Both the position numbers and the translations under genes were made by a program. DNA of 64,000 bases from Hormiphora californensis (Eukaryota > Animalia > Ctenophora), in contig CM035350.1 of NCBI GenBank assembly GCA_020137815.1, positions 992,001 through 1,056,000 of the forward strand. The letters are read 5' to 3'. Position 1 is the first letter of the stretch. The number at the start of each line of letters is the position of its first letter. Below, one piece after another: positions 1 through 11,776 of the stretch. The notes beneath the pieces are model-generated. The model had not been told where the DNA came from. It did no database searches and saw only the letters and a program-made list of their open reading frames with translations.

Positions 1-1941
1 TCGTTTCTCCAGTAGAAGGGTTACCACGTCTAGAAGCAGCAGTACTGGCTGATTTTCTAGCAACACGCTGATCGTTGGTCTTAGACCGTTCCACAACCTT
101 GACAACTCTCTCAGTGGAAGGGTTGCCAGCAGGAGGATCCCTTGTTCTTCGAACTACCGTCTTCTTACCAGTCTCAGGGGTGCTACTATGAGAAGGGCTC
201 TGTTCCATCCTCCTCTCTGGTGTCTTCCTTGTCTCTAAAGTCTTCCTGACCTGGTCTCGTTCTGGTGTCTTCCTAACAACATCAGGTATCACCTTCCTGA
301 TCTTAGTTACCTCCTTCTCTGGGGTTCCTCGTGGTACCACTTCCACCTTCTGAACAGTGTTGACTCTCCTCACCTTCCCTGGTTGGATAAAGTTCTGGCC
401 GCCCTTCGTGCTGACCTTGGTGTACTCGACATAGTGACGGAGGTTCTTCCGGCTGGACCTGGCAGGTTTCTCTGGGGAGGGTTGTTTGGTGAATGTGCTC
501 TCCGTGACCATGGGTCCTGATGCAGACTCAGAGTCACTCAGTTGAACTGTGGCTGATTGTAGTGGAGGGTCGGTTCTACTGCAAATGTTTTCAGGAGCAC
601 CAGAGTTATAACGTGCTTCAATCTTCATCTGGCTAAATTGCTCCTCCATTGTAGAGTACTCGCTCTTCTTTCTCCCTCTCCTGGAGGAGCCCTGTTCCTT
701 GACTTGTGTCACCAGATAGTTCTTCCTCCTTGGTTCAGCTGACCCCGGTGGTGTAGACCTCGCTTCTTCCTGGCTCCTCTCCACAAACTTTAGTAGGCTC
801 ATGTTGGCTGAATCCTCAGGGAGGTTTGGGGGTATGGTCCTTGTGATTCGGGCATTTCTCTGCTGCATTTTCACTTTGTTCCTCACTTCTATCTCATTAA
901 AATGACTGAGTAGGTCGGTGAGAGTGGCCCTCTGACTTTGTATCTTCTTACTGTCACTCTCAGCAGGATAGAACTCTGAGTAGTGCTTCCTGCGATGCCG
1001 GGCACTTCTCTCCCTCATCCTAGCCTCCTGATCTACCTGACTGTCAGGTACCTGATCACTGGACCTCCTGTTCCGGGGTTTAGACAGCCTGACTCTGAAC
1101 TCTGGAGCAGCAGCAGTTGACTCTGAAGTATCGTTAGTAGTATGGATCCTCTTCCTCAGTTTGTGACTCAGTTGGTTAGGGAGTGTGATGGAGATACTTC
1201 GTTTTACTGGAATCTGATCTGGTTGTTCTTGTAGCTCCACAACCTTTTGGGACCGTCTCCTGTGGTGATGGTGAGCATGATCTGCTGCTGAGGAACGAGG
1301 GTGATGTTCCAAAGTGCTCCTGTGGTGTTCCCTATTGTGGTGGTGGTGCTCCACGGAGGAACGATCTGTTTCTGAAAATATCAGCTCAGTGTTGGCTGCA
1401 GCTGGAGATCGGGACCGAGTGTGGCGGTGTTGGTCTTCTGAGAGATGGACCTCCCGGCGTTTCTTCCGTTCTGGAGGAACCAGGTTCCTGGATTTCCTGC
1501 GGGGTTTCCTATCCTTCTGGAGAAGATCCTGGTGTGATGACCTGGGGAGAGAATAATGTGATTTGAAGTGATGATTGATGACACAATACTATTACTTGTT
1601 CTGAAGCCAGCTAGTAACCCTCTGCAACTGTGTGGACAGGATGTGTAAATGTATCAGTAAGCAATGCTAAATCTTATCTAAATCTTATCTACTCAGATCA
1701 CGGGATACAGATACTTGATCTCTCAGAAGATCTCTCTAATTAGCTACCTGTGATCGTATGAGAGTGGCTCTGTTGTTTTCAGACCAGCCTTCAGGTCAGG
1801 TTCATTATCAAATGTTGGGCTGCAGATGAGGGTATCATCCCGGGAGGGTGTCTTAATCTTGGGGTAGGAGCTGTCATCAGATCGGGCAGAGTTCACTCTC
1901 CTCTCTCTGCTCCTATCTGTGTGTATATGGCCTGCTGTCAT
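1..1941 (-). CDS. Large low-complexity R/S/K/E/P-rich protein of unknown function, 3'-partial (runs off window start); exons about 1941-1748 and 1541-<1
   Basis: ATG at 1941 (MTAGHIHTDRS...YDHR). Donor CAG|gtagc at 1748/1747 joins acceptor ctccccag|G at 1541 in matching phase 2. The frame is consistent from 1540 to base 2 (SSHQDLLQKDRKPRR...DPPAGNPSTERVVKVVERSK), with no stop seen in the stretches I translated. It is absent from the ORF track because its stop lies outside the window. Confidence 0.7.
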
Positions 1942-2491
1942 TATAGGGCAAAGGAAAAACAAGCAGGGACGTTTTTAGACACCAGGGGGTGGGATCGAGA
2001 GATAGGGCTAGATCACTTTGTGCAAGGGTAGTAGGTAAACCTCCTCTTCCTCCAGAGGGTGCAGGCAAAAGAAGGGGAAATGTGAATATGAGGGGGATAT
2101 CATTACTTTCTGCTTTGAAATGTATATACCCACGATAGTATCAGCTATACATGGTAATGAGTCCCTACTAACTCCACCTGCAATACAAGGATCGTACTGC
2201 GGTCAAAAGCTGCGCCCGGAAATGACAGTGCACGATTCCCTTTGTACATACACGCATATTCAAAGCTCTCTCTGTATGTGTGACACACTGTTAGGTTAGT
2301 ACGGAACGGGTTTCTCTCCCTCTCTCTCACTCACTCCCTCTTTTCACGAAGCCAGATTTCTGTTACTATACCTTGACACATTTTCACTGAGCGAATTGTT
2401 GTTCGTTTTGTGTCTGTAAAAGTCTCCCCCCATTCTTGTACATTTCTAACATTTGTATATCTGTTTTATAGCTGTCTGTAGGCCTGGTGAT

Positions 2492-5481
2492 ATGGGGGAC
2501 GATGATGATGATCGGAGTCTCGTTAATGATCTCTCCAATAGTCCTGACAAGTTCATGCAGCCCAAAGATATCTCGCTAGTTGGAGACAACTCAGCTCCTA
2601 TAATGCGGCCTGATCGGACCTCACTTGACAAGGAGTCCCCACCTAGATCTAGTGGGCCCATTATGAGCCTAGTTGAGAAGTTGAGGTCCTATCAGGAACC
2701 ATACAACGTCCTCCCCTCAGACCCAGAGCAGTCCGAGACGGAGGGACTGGTAACAGAGTTATCCCCCGGAACACCTCTCTCGGTTATCGACGAGACTCAC
2801 ATTGAAGAGGAAGAAGAAGAAGAGGAGGAGGGGTGGATCAGGTCTACCTGTCTCAGATAGACACTGCTACATGTGGGGTAGTAGCAGAGAGATGTAGACC
2901 CTGCTCCCTCTGCGTTCAGATCACAGGACCGATACATGCAGCAAAGGAGGATCTAGATAAGTGGGACAACTTCACCAAGTGTTCCGAGTTTATTAGCCTA
3001 TGGAGGCGGGTCAAGTGTCTTATCAAGACTGCTAGATCTGGGGTGTCTAGTAACCAGGGACCATGCTCCCCCTGTACCATGTGTAAACCAATATCAACCA
3101 CGTTCCACGAGTACGTGAGGACCAGGGAGGGGGCCAAGAGGACTCAGATCAGAGAGGATTTTGCAGAGATAATCAGGACATTGGATCCTGGTACCCATGT
3201 AGTAATGAACTCATCCGTGTGTAGTTTAGATAAACCCACCCTACCTAGCAGTGACATCACGCCCCAACAACAGGAGAGTAAGATGCAGGTTGCTAGTGAG
3301 GAGGGGAGTTCCCATGACAACCCAGACAGTTCCAGTAACCCAGACACCAGTGCCGGGGTTAACACTATACCAGTATTTGAATCAGCTGTTGATTCCTCAC
3401 AGGATGGGCAACAGATCAGGAGGGACCTCATTAACCAGATTAACAAGGCAATTAGTAAGGAGGTGAAGAGTCTGAGACGTGATCTGACAGACAGGATACT
3501 GGGGACCGTCTCACCCTCTGTCTCTGACAGGAAGGATATAGGTACTCTCAACATGGATAGTGCTATCAATGTGTATGCTGTTCAGGCTGGTAAATCAGGA
3601 GAACAGAGACTGAGTCCTACAGATCTAAACAAACTAGCAGCCAGTCTCTACTCAACTCCCATCTTTCCCTCTGCTGCAACGGGGAAGAAGCCTACTAAAT
3701 CTGACTTGCTGAGGAAACTACCAATAGCGGAGGAGAACAAGAAAGATAGGGTTGGGGTTCCTCTGGCCAACATGAACAAACCCCACCATCCTCCCTCAGA
3801 CATCAGGACGAGGGAGACCATCTCATCCAGCTCTGAAGACAGTACTGCCACCCCTGAACATATCCCCCTGGCTCCATTTGGACAGATGCACATAAAGAAG
3901 AAGACGGTGAATGTGAGGCAGCGAGATAACACCCTCTCTAACATGACATTCCCTATTGACGAGGAGGGATCTGTGTTAGAGAGTGAGGTTATCACTGCCC
4001 CTTATCCACCCCCAGAAGACACAGACAGCCCCAGTTTCTGTTGCGTGTGTGATAGCTGGGAACCAAGACAAACCAGCTCCAGTGACAATAGTGACAGTAC
4101 TATGGCAGATAGTGATGAGAGGTTTGCAGCAGGGAGGGAGTCGACTGATAGTGGTGCTAGAACTGATTTTACAGCTTACACCGCCGTGGTTCCTAGAAAA
4201 CCGAGCAAGGTTAACACAGCCCAAACTAAACTAACTCCCCCTAAAAAGATCAAGTTAGACCTGCCCCGGAGTCTCACCAAGAACTCCAACTCAACCTTCA
4301 TGATTAAAACTAAGACAGGGACAAATAACTCCATCACCAACAGTATCAGCACCACCAAGATGTCCATGTCCAGTGCTAAGAAGACAGGGATTCCCAGTAA
4401 TTTAGCACCGAAAAAGATAACTCCGCTGAAGAAACCAGCCAACTATGGGGCTAGCAAACAAACTAATGTTGCTAGGCAACCTGCTCCCAAGAAACCCATC
4501 TCAAAACTTGATGTTCCAGTTCAGAAACTAAAGTCTTTCAAGACAGAATCCCAGGCTAGAATGGCAAAAGAACCTAAAACATTCAAACCGAGCTCCGTTC
4601 CTGGCCCCAAACCCAAACCCACCCAAGTAAAACCAACTAGTCTCAGCAAAACTACCAAATCTGCCATGGTGAACCCTGCCACGTCCACGGTGGGACCATT
4701 CAGTGTGAGGAACTCTGGATCTGAGAAAGTATCGGGGAAGATCCAGTCTGTGTACCTGAAGAACAGTGTGCCAGGTAGTAAGGGGAACAGTGAGATGTCG
4801 CTATCCTACAACCACACAACCAAATCCCACGGGAAATCATCCTGCAAAACAGAACCGAGGAAGTCAGTTGCTAAGAGTCAAAGTGCCCCGAAACTGGAAC
4901 AAAGAGGGTCATTGAGGAAACCTGCTCCTGGAACTAGGAAGGACGTTATGACCAAGGCAACTTCAATTCCCTGTCTCAAGTCAACTACTTCATACGCCAG
5001 CAAGTCAGGAAACAGTACTAAAAGTACCCCAAAATCCGTTCCAAAGCCGGCCACAAAATTAAACCCTGCAGTTAAAAAATCGGTATCAAAATTGGGTGCA
5101 AAGCCAGAAACCAAACCAGTCACCAAGTTTGCCCCTAAAAGCGCTGCTTATACCAAATCGGAGCCCAAGTTAAACAAACCAAGTAAGCCCAAGCTGACCC
5201 CGAAAACTCCACCCTCTGACAAGAAGACTGAACGAGACTGTACTCCGGAGAGAAGCGCTCGATCCAATTCTAAACCATCCGCATCTCTTGACTCGGGTAT
5301 TGCCAGTAAGCGCTCTATAAAAAGCTACAAGATCACCCAGATAGACAATACTGAGAAAAGCCAGAGTCCCAAATCAAGAATGCCCTTACCAAAATCTCAT
5401 AGGTCGAGCATCCCCAAAATTGGGCCGAAGAACTCGTTCAGTATATCCTTTCCTAAGAAAGTCCGTTCTCCCTCGCGATGA
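2492..5481 (+). CDS. About 995-aa largely disordered protein: acidic N-terminus, small Cys-rich region and long K/S/P/T-rich basic C-terminal tail; one apparent 1-bp frameshift near 2830
   Basis: ORFs 2453-2860 and 2833-5481 join if one G is added to the G-run at about 2830-2833 (GAG GGG GTG GAT CAG). ATG 2492 follows an acceptor-like ctgtag at 2481. The 882-aa open frame is far beyond chance length. Confidence 0.75.
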
Positions 5482-6502
5482 TTGATCGAAATGTTTTACC
5501 GTTGTTTTAACTTCATTTTTATAAAATCCTGAATGATTTGAACTTCTCTCTCTGACAAAAAACCACATCACATTTATAACACCTCCATTCATTTGATCAT
5601 GGTGGTTGAGGGATAATCCGGGGGTGTGTTAAAAAACAACTCAATACTCCATTCTACCGAATCATGTTGTATTCATCCTATTGATCATGTCGCTGCGCCA
5701 GTGCTGGAATATAGCTCATGTACGGAGGATTGCATGTTATGAGGGTCCTGCCGCCAATACTAAATCCGAGCTATACATAATTTAACACACACATCCCCCT
5801 GTTTAACATGGCTCACATATCGGTGGTACCAGTACCGCTTTGATCTCTCACCAGTCTGCGGATCCCAGCATATCATATCTGATATAGTTTAACACACGGA
5901 ATCCATTTCATGTGATAGCAAGCTAAGTCGTGTGGATGAGGGAGTTAGAGTGAAACTGTTTGAGCATGCTCTCTTCCTTCGTCCGTTCTTCTCTCTAACT
6001 CCCCCTCTCTCTGTTCATGATCCATCTGTATCTCTCTCCTACACACTCTCAGTTGTTTGAGCAGTGGCTGTTGCTCGGCAGCCTCGAACAGAGGGAGGGA
6101 GAAAGAGACAGAGAGCTCTGTATATAACAAGCTGCTTATTGATCTCCCTGCAATTGCACTCAGTAAGTAACATGGTCAGGTGGCTATCACGTGACACTCC
6201 ATGCTTGCAACACTGCAGGGGAAATTGTTGGCGCGGCCCTTTCTGTCACACTAGTCTCTCTGCCCCCGTGCTACTGCTATAGCTTGTATTTTGTAATTGT
6301 AGGTAAATCTAACTCTCTCCAATTGATCTCAGGTAATACCGTTCAAAAAAATTGCTACTTCTCTACCGGTGATAGGTCGTGTTTTCAGACCCCTTGTTCT
6401 GAGTTCGTGTTCCATGGAAACACCGTCACCTAGCCTTTATGTATCTAACCCCCTCCTTCCACTTTTAGATAGACCTGCAGCCCTCCTCCCGACAGTACCA
6501 TC

Positions 6503-7824
6503 ATGTGCAACTGTAGACTGAAATACCCCCGGGGTATGAGCATTGTAGTGTGTATCTTCCTCTACATCTCCCTCGTGGGTCTACTAGTGGCTTTCTTCCA
6601 GGTACTATTATACTGCAACTACTGCTACACTGTCCCCCACAGAAGTCGCTGGGAGGGACAGTTTAGCCTGTCGCCATGTCAAACTGCAATTATTCAATGA
6701 CTCATATCAACAGTAACCCCTGGCTTTTGTGTTTTCATCAAGTACCACTATAAACTCTTTCTGAACACCTTCTAAATTCCTTTCTAATCTCCTTTCAGCC
6801 CTACTGGTTGGTGGTACCAAATAATAGTGAGTTTGCCTGTCTAAACCAAACTCAAAACTCATCTGGAACTGTCGATATGTTGACCACCAATGACCAAGGA
6901 AGCTGTGGTCTTTCGGGTAAATTAAATAATATTTAGAATCAAGCTGAAGACCTCTGACCTGCTATTCAATGACTAACATTAATATTTACAACTTCTACCA
7001 GTTTACTAAATATCATCATCATCCCCCACCCAGGAATGTGTTACCCAATCAGCCACACAGCCAAGTTCAACCTGAGCTGTTACCCCAACATGGCAACTGA
7101 ACAGTGTGTCTGGTACACTGATCTGGACAGTATAGGGAACCTGACTGATCAAATCGTCACCCTTGTGTTCCTTGGGGGTATTGTGCTGTGTGTATTTGCC
7201 TGGTTCCTAGCCATGGCAGGGTGCTGTTCTCTAACCTGCTGTTGCTGCAATATCTACACAGCCATATCTGTGTTCCTAACTGTCGGAGGTTTGTAATATG
7301 GGGGATATGGATCATAGAACTAGACGTGTATATCATGGGGGCCACTGGGCTAAACGTACGATTCCCATTTTGCCACATAACAGAGCCATAACATGCAACA
7401 TTGCAACACCTCCCCCATATTTACAGCTGTGGCGATGTTGGCCGCTGTCCTGCTTTGGTTTGGTATGATGGATAGCTACAAGTTAACCGACCAGTCCTGT
7501 GTAAACGTATTCTGTAACCAAGTTGGACTATTTGACCCTGGTTCCTGTACTATCGGATGGTCTGGATTATTAGGTGCGTATTATTCTCTCTCACTCTCTT
7601 TGTGCATGCCTGACCTGGTGTCCAGCCCCCCTCTCTCCCCCTCAGGGATCGTGATGTGGGCGTTTATCGTGGGTTGTGCTGTCGCATCCTGCTTCAATGC
7701 AGCACAATTGAGCAAGGATATCAAACAGGCTATACACGACGAGCACGACAACCCTAACGCTGCGGGCCGGAAAGCAGTGAAAGTGTCCCCAGTTAACGGG
7801 CACGCTGTGTCTGCCTGGCACTAA
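6503..7824 (+). CDS. LHFPL/claudin-superfamily tetraspan membrane protein A; exons 6503-6601, 6799-6916, 7034-7288, 7427-7573, 7646-7824
   Basis: All four introns are GT-AG with consistent phases. The product has 4 hydrophobic segments, FQPYW after TM1, GSCGLSGMCYP in loop 1, a Cys cluster after TM2, and FCNQVGLFDPGSCTIGWS before TM4 (LHFPL-like C..F..G.C.IGW pattern). Confidence 0.75.
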
Positions 7825-7922
7825 ATGTCAGTTAGCCCCCTCAGCCTCTCCTTCTCCACCCCTTTCTATATTATAGCTGTAGTGTTAGCCCCCTCCCCTC
7901 TCTCCACACCTCCCTCCTCTAG

Positions 7923-8119
7923 GTTTCGGAGCCTGGGTGTTGCTAGTGGTCACAGTTGTAGTGACGTGCTGCACGGCCTGCCATTACGGTAAGATCATCG
8001 AAGAGGAGGCGATCCCCGCAAAGAATATGGTGAACCCTTATGAGAGGAGACGGGGTGATAACGACAATGCCTTTTACTTTAAAGAAGTTCAGAATGCCAG
8101 GGCTGCCAGGAAAGCATAG
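7923..8119 (+). CDS. Alternative terminal exon of tetraspan gene A (alternative TM4 and cytoplasmic tail)
   Basis: Polypyrimidine acceptor ctccctcctctag at 7922, same phase 1 as the 7646 exon. It encodes (G)FGAWVLLVVTVVVTCCTACHYGKII...ARKA*, parallel to (G)IVMWAFIVGCAVASCFNAAQLSKDI... Confidence 0.65.
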
Positions 8120-8277
8120 AGAGAGACAGTATACTTGTTGGGTGGTATAATACCAAGAAGTTATAACTATTCACAATGAGTACCATTATAGAGATATATA
8201 TGAACACGTATTTCACACACACACACTAATACATAATAAATCAATCGGGATAACGCTGTGTGCCATAATCTGCGTAT

Positions 8278-8493
8278 CGGCCTCCCTAGCATCTCCGAGA
8301 GATCTCCCAGAGACGTCCAAGCTGGAGGATTATAATAGATGCACCGCCCGAGACACAATCTAGTGCCAGAAGTGTGTCAGAATTGTCACTGAGCCACTTT
8401 TCTGGCAGTATACTACACCTCGGGCGGTGCATCTATTATAATCCTCCATCTGGGACGTCTCCGGGCGAACTCCTGACGGTGCAAGGGAGGCCG
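8278..8493. mobile_element. Palindromic MITE-like foldback element (about 215 bp)
   Basis: Outer arms cggcctccct / agggaggccg. Inner perfect arms ggaggattataatagatgcaccgcccgag (about 8324-8352) / ctcgggcggtgcatctattataatcctcc (about 8419-8447). Confidence 0.7.
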
Positions 8494-8649
8494 TAACTAA
8501 CGAAAAATAAACCTCACGATCTGAATCTCTATTAAATGTTCTGTACTGGAGTAATTGTTTTACTTAAAAAATCGATTAATTAACTGCAACTTAACGTAAT
8601 ACATAATCACGCCGGTATACACAAGATAATCAGCACTTTCTTTCTTTCT

Positions 8650-8688
<39 letters not shown>

Positions 8689-8964
8689 TTTCTCTCTCTC
8701 ACCCTCTCTCTACATTTCTCTCTCCTTCAATTTACCCTTCACACTAACATAAAGAAGCAAAATAACTCTGAGGCAAAAACCTAAAACAATAAAACAATGC
8801 CCAAAGGTAACAACACCTAAAGTCTAAACAATGTCCCAGCGGTAATCCCTGAAACAATGTCCCAAATTAAACCAAATTACAACGCCCAATTCTGAAGAAG
8901 TTGCTTCCAGATAAACACAGTTAAGTTAGAGCTAGGAGCTATAATACTAATAGCATTGCACTGT

Positions 8965-11296
8965 TCAGCGGGGTTGTGATGTAGGTTCGGGGCTCATTAG
9001 TTCCTGTTTTAGCTGCTGCTGAATGTGAGCCAAGGGCACCTCAACATTATCTTGAAATGAACTGAAAAGAGTTGCTATTAGTAGAGTAGATGGTAGAACA
9101 AGGGTCCTTTTTCCTAGACGATATTATAGTAGCCGTAGAGCAAAGCTCGAAATGAAAATGAACACAGGCTGTTACAAGCATAACTTACTGGAGGTTTGAG
9201 GGGTGTATGGAGGTTTTGAGGTTCCGCAAACTCTCGGTAATAACTGATAGACCCCCTGGGGTGGCATTATCAGATACCTTCTGAACCTGGAACTAGTAGA
9301 GCCGTCAATTCTGTCACCAGCTTTATCGACTTTTCGTGCTCCAACCTAAGGAGGGATATTGTTAAAAACAAAGTGAACTTAAATCGAGCACGGTGATTAA
9401 AGGACTCAAGGGGACAGGTAAGGGGTCTGAATCAGACCGTCTGATCAAGTCAAATTTTTGCACTGTCATTGTTTGCTGCAGCAGCAGTGCGATCAGCAGC
9501 TTATAACGGCTGCGCGCGTCAATATTGCGCGCTGTTTCGCGCCAAGTTCCTATCCCTCATGTCAGGGCGTGTTACATACTTGAGAAGTTTGTTTGCGTCA
9601 CGGACTAGCGTGTTGGCGAGACCCTCTGAATTCGATTTGATTTCTACCGCCGCTATTGTCTCTGAACCAAGATGCTGGGAGGGAGGAGATTGATAACAAC
9701 GGAAATGAAAGTGTGTGATAGAGGTCCGAACAATTAAACACTGGCCTATTCCCCCCAATTATAGGTAATACTTAGGTACAATAGTCCATTTCTTACCGTT
9801 TTGCAGTGCTCCTGAAGTTCCTTGACAGTCTGGTGCAGGTACTTGTTTAGTTTATCAAACTCTAACACAGTCTTAGCATACATTAACTGTATCCCACTAT
9901 CTATCCCCTCTTTGAAAGACGTCTTCCTCTCTACAGCTGAGTTCAGGTTTCTAATTTTAGAGAGGAGATCTCTCTTTATATGTAGTAGCTGGGTCATTTT
10001 AACAATACACCGCAGAAATACCACTGGGTACCCTCCTAACTGTCCTGAGGGGAGAGGGTATAAATAATGTTTTATGACATTTACAATCAGGAGGGGGGAA
10101 TTTATTGTTTTACCTTGACATGGGTAGGGGGACGAAGAACCAGGCCTGGAATCTTTGGCTTGTTTAGTTATCATTTCCAGAACAGTATTACTCTACAGGG
10201 GGAGGGGGTTAGAGGCAGCCACTGGCGTGTTGAGAGGGTGTGAGAGGAGTATGTACAGGGACAAGTAACTGAGCAAATAACGAATAGTGTAAGAAAATTA
10301 GATTTCAATTGAAATCTAATTTGTTTTGCTTCATTTAGCCATCCCACTAACTATTTTACTCGTATTACCTGCTGTGTGTACTGAAAACCATAACTAAACC
10401 AAGAACATAAGAACCATTGTTCTAGGTATTGTAGCTGGGGTTACCTGAACATTGTAGTCGGGTACAGTGTGGGTGCCCAGACCAGGTCTGTCGAACCGTA
10501 TACGGTAGCTATGTGTTAGTGGATCTACTGCCTCAATCTCTCCAACAAATAATCCGTCTGATATGTGTGCTGAAAAAGGGATTGATCAACACACAGGGAT
10601 AATGAGTAACTAACTGATAGTAACTAACTAATTGTAATCAATACCTGTTACGCTAGTTCCGATAGCCAGGAGACCAGGTATTTTATCTGGTATGTCCTCG
10701 AAGTGCTCCAAGTTATGTTGTGAAGCTTCCTGTAACTGTAGTAACCGGATCTTGTTTCGTTTCTGTTCCAGAGTTGCCCTCTCCTCCTGTAGAATGGTGT
10801 TACTAATTAGTCCTCAGTGTGAGGGTATTAGGGGGAGGGAGACTTTCTGGCTCACCTGATCTACCAAACCTCCTCAGAGCGCTCATTTAATGAAATATAA
10901 TGCGGTGTGAGCCACGCAATGACTCACTTGAAAGAACTTTAGAACTACATCGTCGAGGTTTCCCCAGGCTTCTTCTCACGACACTCCATTGCAGCTGTGT
11001 GAGCTTTGTCCCGGGTTGTAGGTCGGGGAAGGTTGCTCGTAGACATGATACAAACTCATTGTCTTGCAAGAAGATGGTTTTGTCGATATCAGAGTAAAAC
11101 CATTCGTAGATACACCATTTTCGGGCTTTCTCTACTTTCAGGAAGTTCTTTATCTTTATCCCTGCACTCTGTATAAAATAATATGGAGTTCATCAAGTTC
11201 ATCAAGGATTAATGTTGTGTAATAATGTGTAAAAATTGAAAAGATCGACTAAAATTTTGCAAGTCTCACCTTCGTTCCATTATATGTGTCGCCCAT
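8965..11296 (-). CDS. LIN9: LIN-9 (MuvB/DREAM complex subunit; DIRP and Tudor-like domains), multi-exon, with two apparent +1 frameshifts
   Basis: Exons translate to KWCIYEWFYSDIDKTIF..DNEFVSCL, SLGKPRRCSS, EERATLEQKRNKIRLLQ, DGLFVGEIEAVD..YRIRFDRPGLGTHTVPDY, GGYPVVFL..IKRDLLSKIRNLNS..YAKTVLEFDKLNK and SFQDNVEVPLAHIQ, all characteristic of LIN9. ATG 11296, TGA 8965-8967. Confidence 0.93.
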
Positions 11297-11776
11297 CAGG
11301 AAACATCAAAACATTAGCATAGAAAACCTTGTTGGGTGGGTGTGTTGAATCTTTAAACTCAGATTGGACTAAAAATCTCATTCAAAACACCAATTTTAGA
11401 CGAAAATTGGCCCTTTTCTTTGAATTTTGCTCTTTTCCTCTTCACGATCCGAAGGAAAAGTGCGTCCGCGTCGTCCACATGGCAGAGCCACCCCTGATTC
11501 TTTTCAACTGTTCGCCCCCTATTTACATGACAGGGCCCACGAGACGGAATTTTTCCAGGGGGGGGGGGGTGAGGAGCACCGTAATTTTCGATGTGCGTGA
11601 CGACGAGCAGCGGCAGGGGGTTTGGGGGCCACAGGCCCCCAATAGGGTCCAGGGGCAGGGTGAAACCCCTGGAGAGAGGCTCACTCGCCCCCATCCCAAA
11701 TTAAATGTAGCGCGCGAGACAACACGAGAGAGAGACAGTGCAGGACGATAGAAGAAAGAGGGGATATCATACCCAA

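Noticed and set aside
2800-2860. Programmed frameshift joining ORFs 2453 and 2833
   Set aside because: No slippery heptamer or structure; a one-base homopolymer error explains it, as at other sites in the window.
11375-11430. CHR (TTTGAA) elements suggesting DREAM autoregulation of LIN9
   Set aside because: Hexamers are expected by chance in AT-rich DNA and the TSS is unknown.
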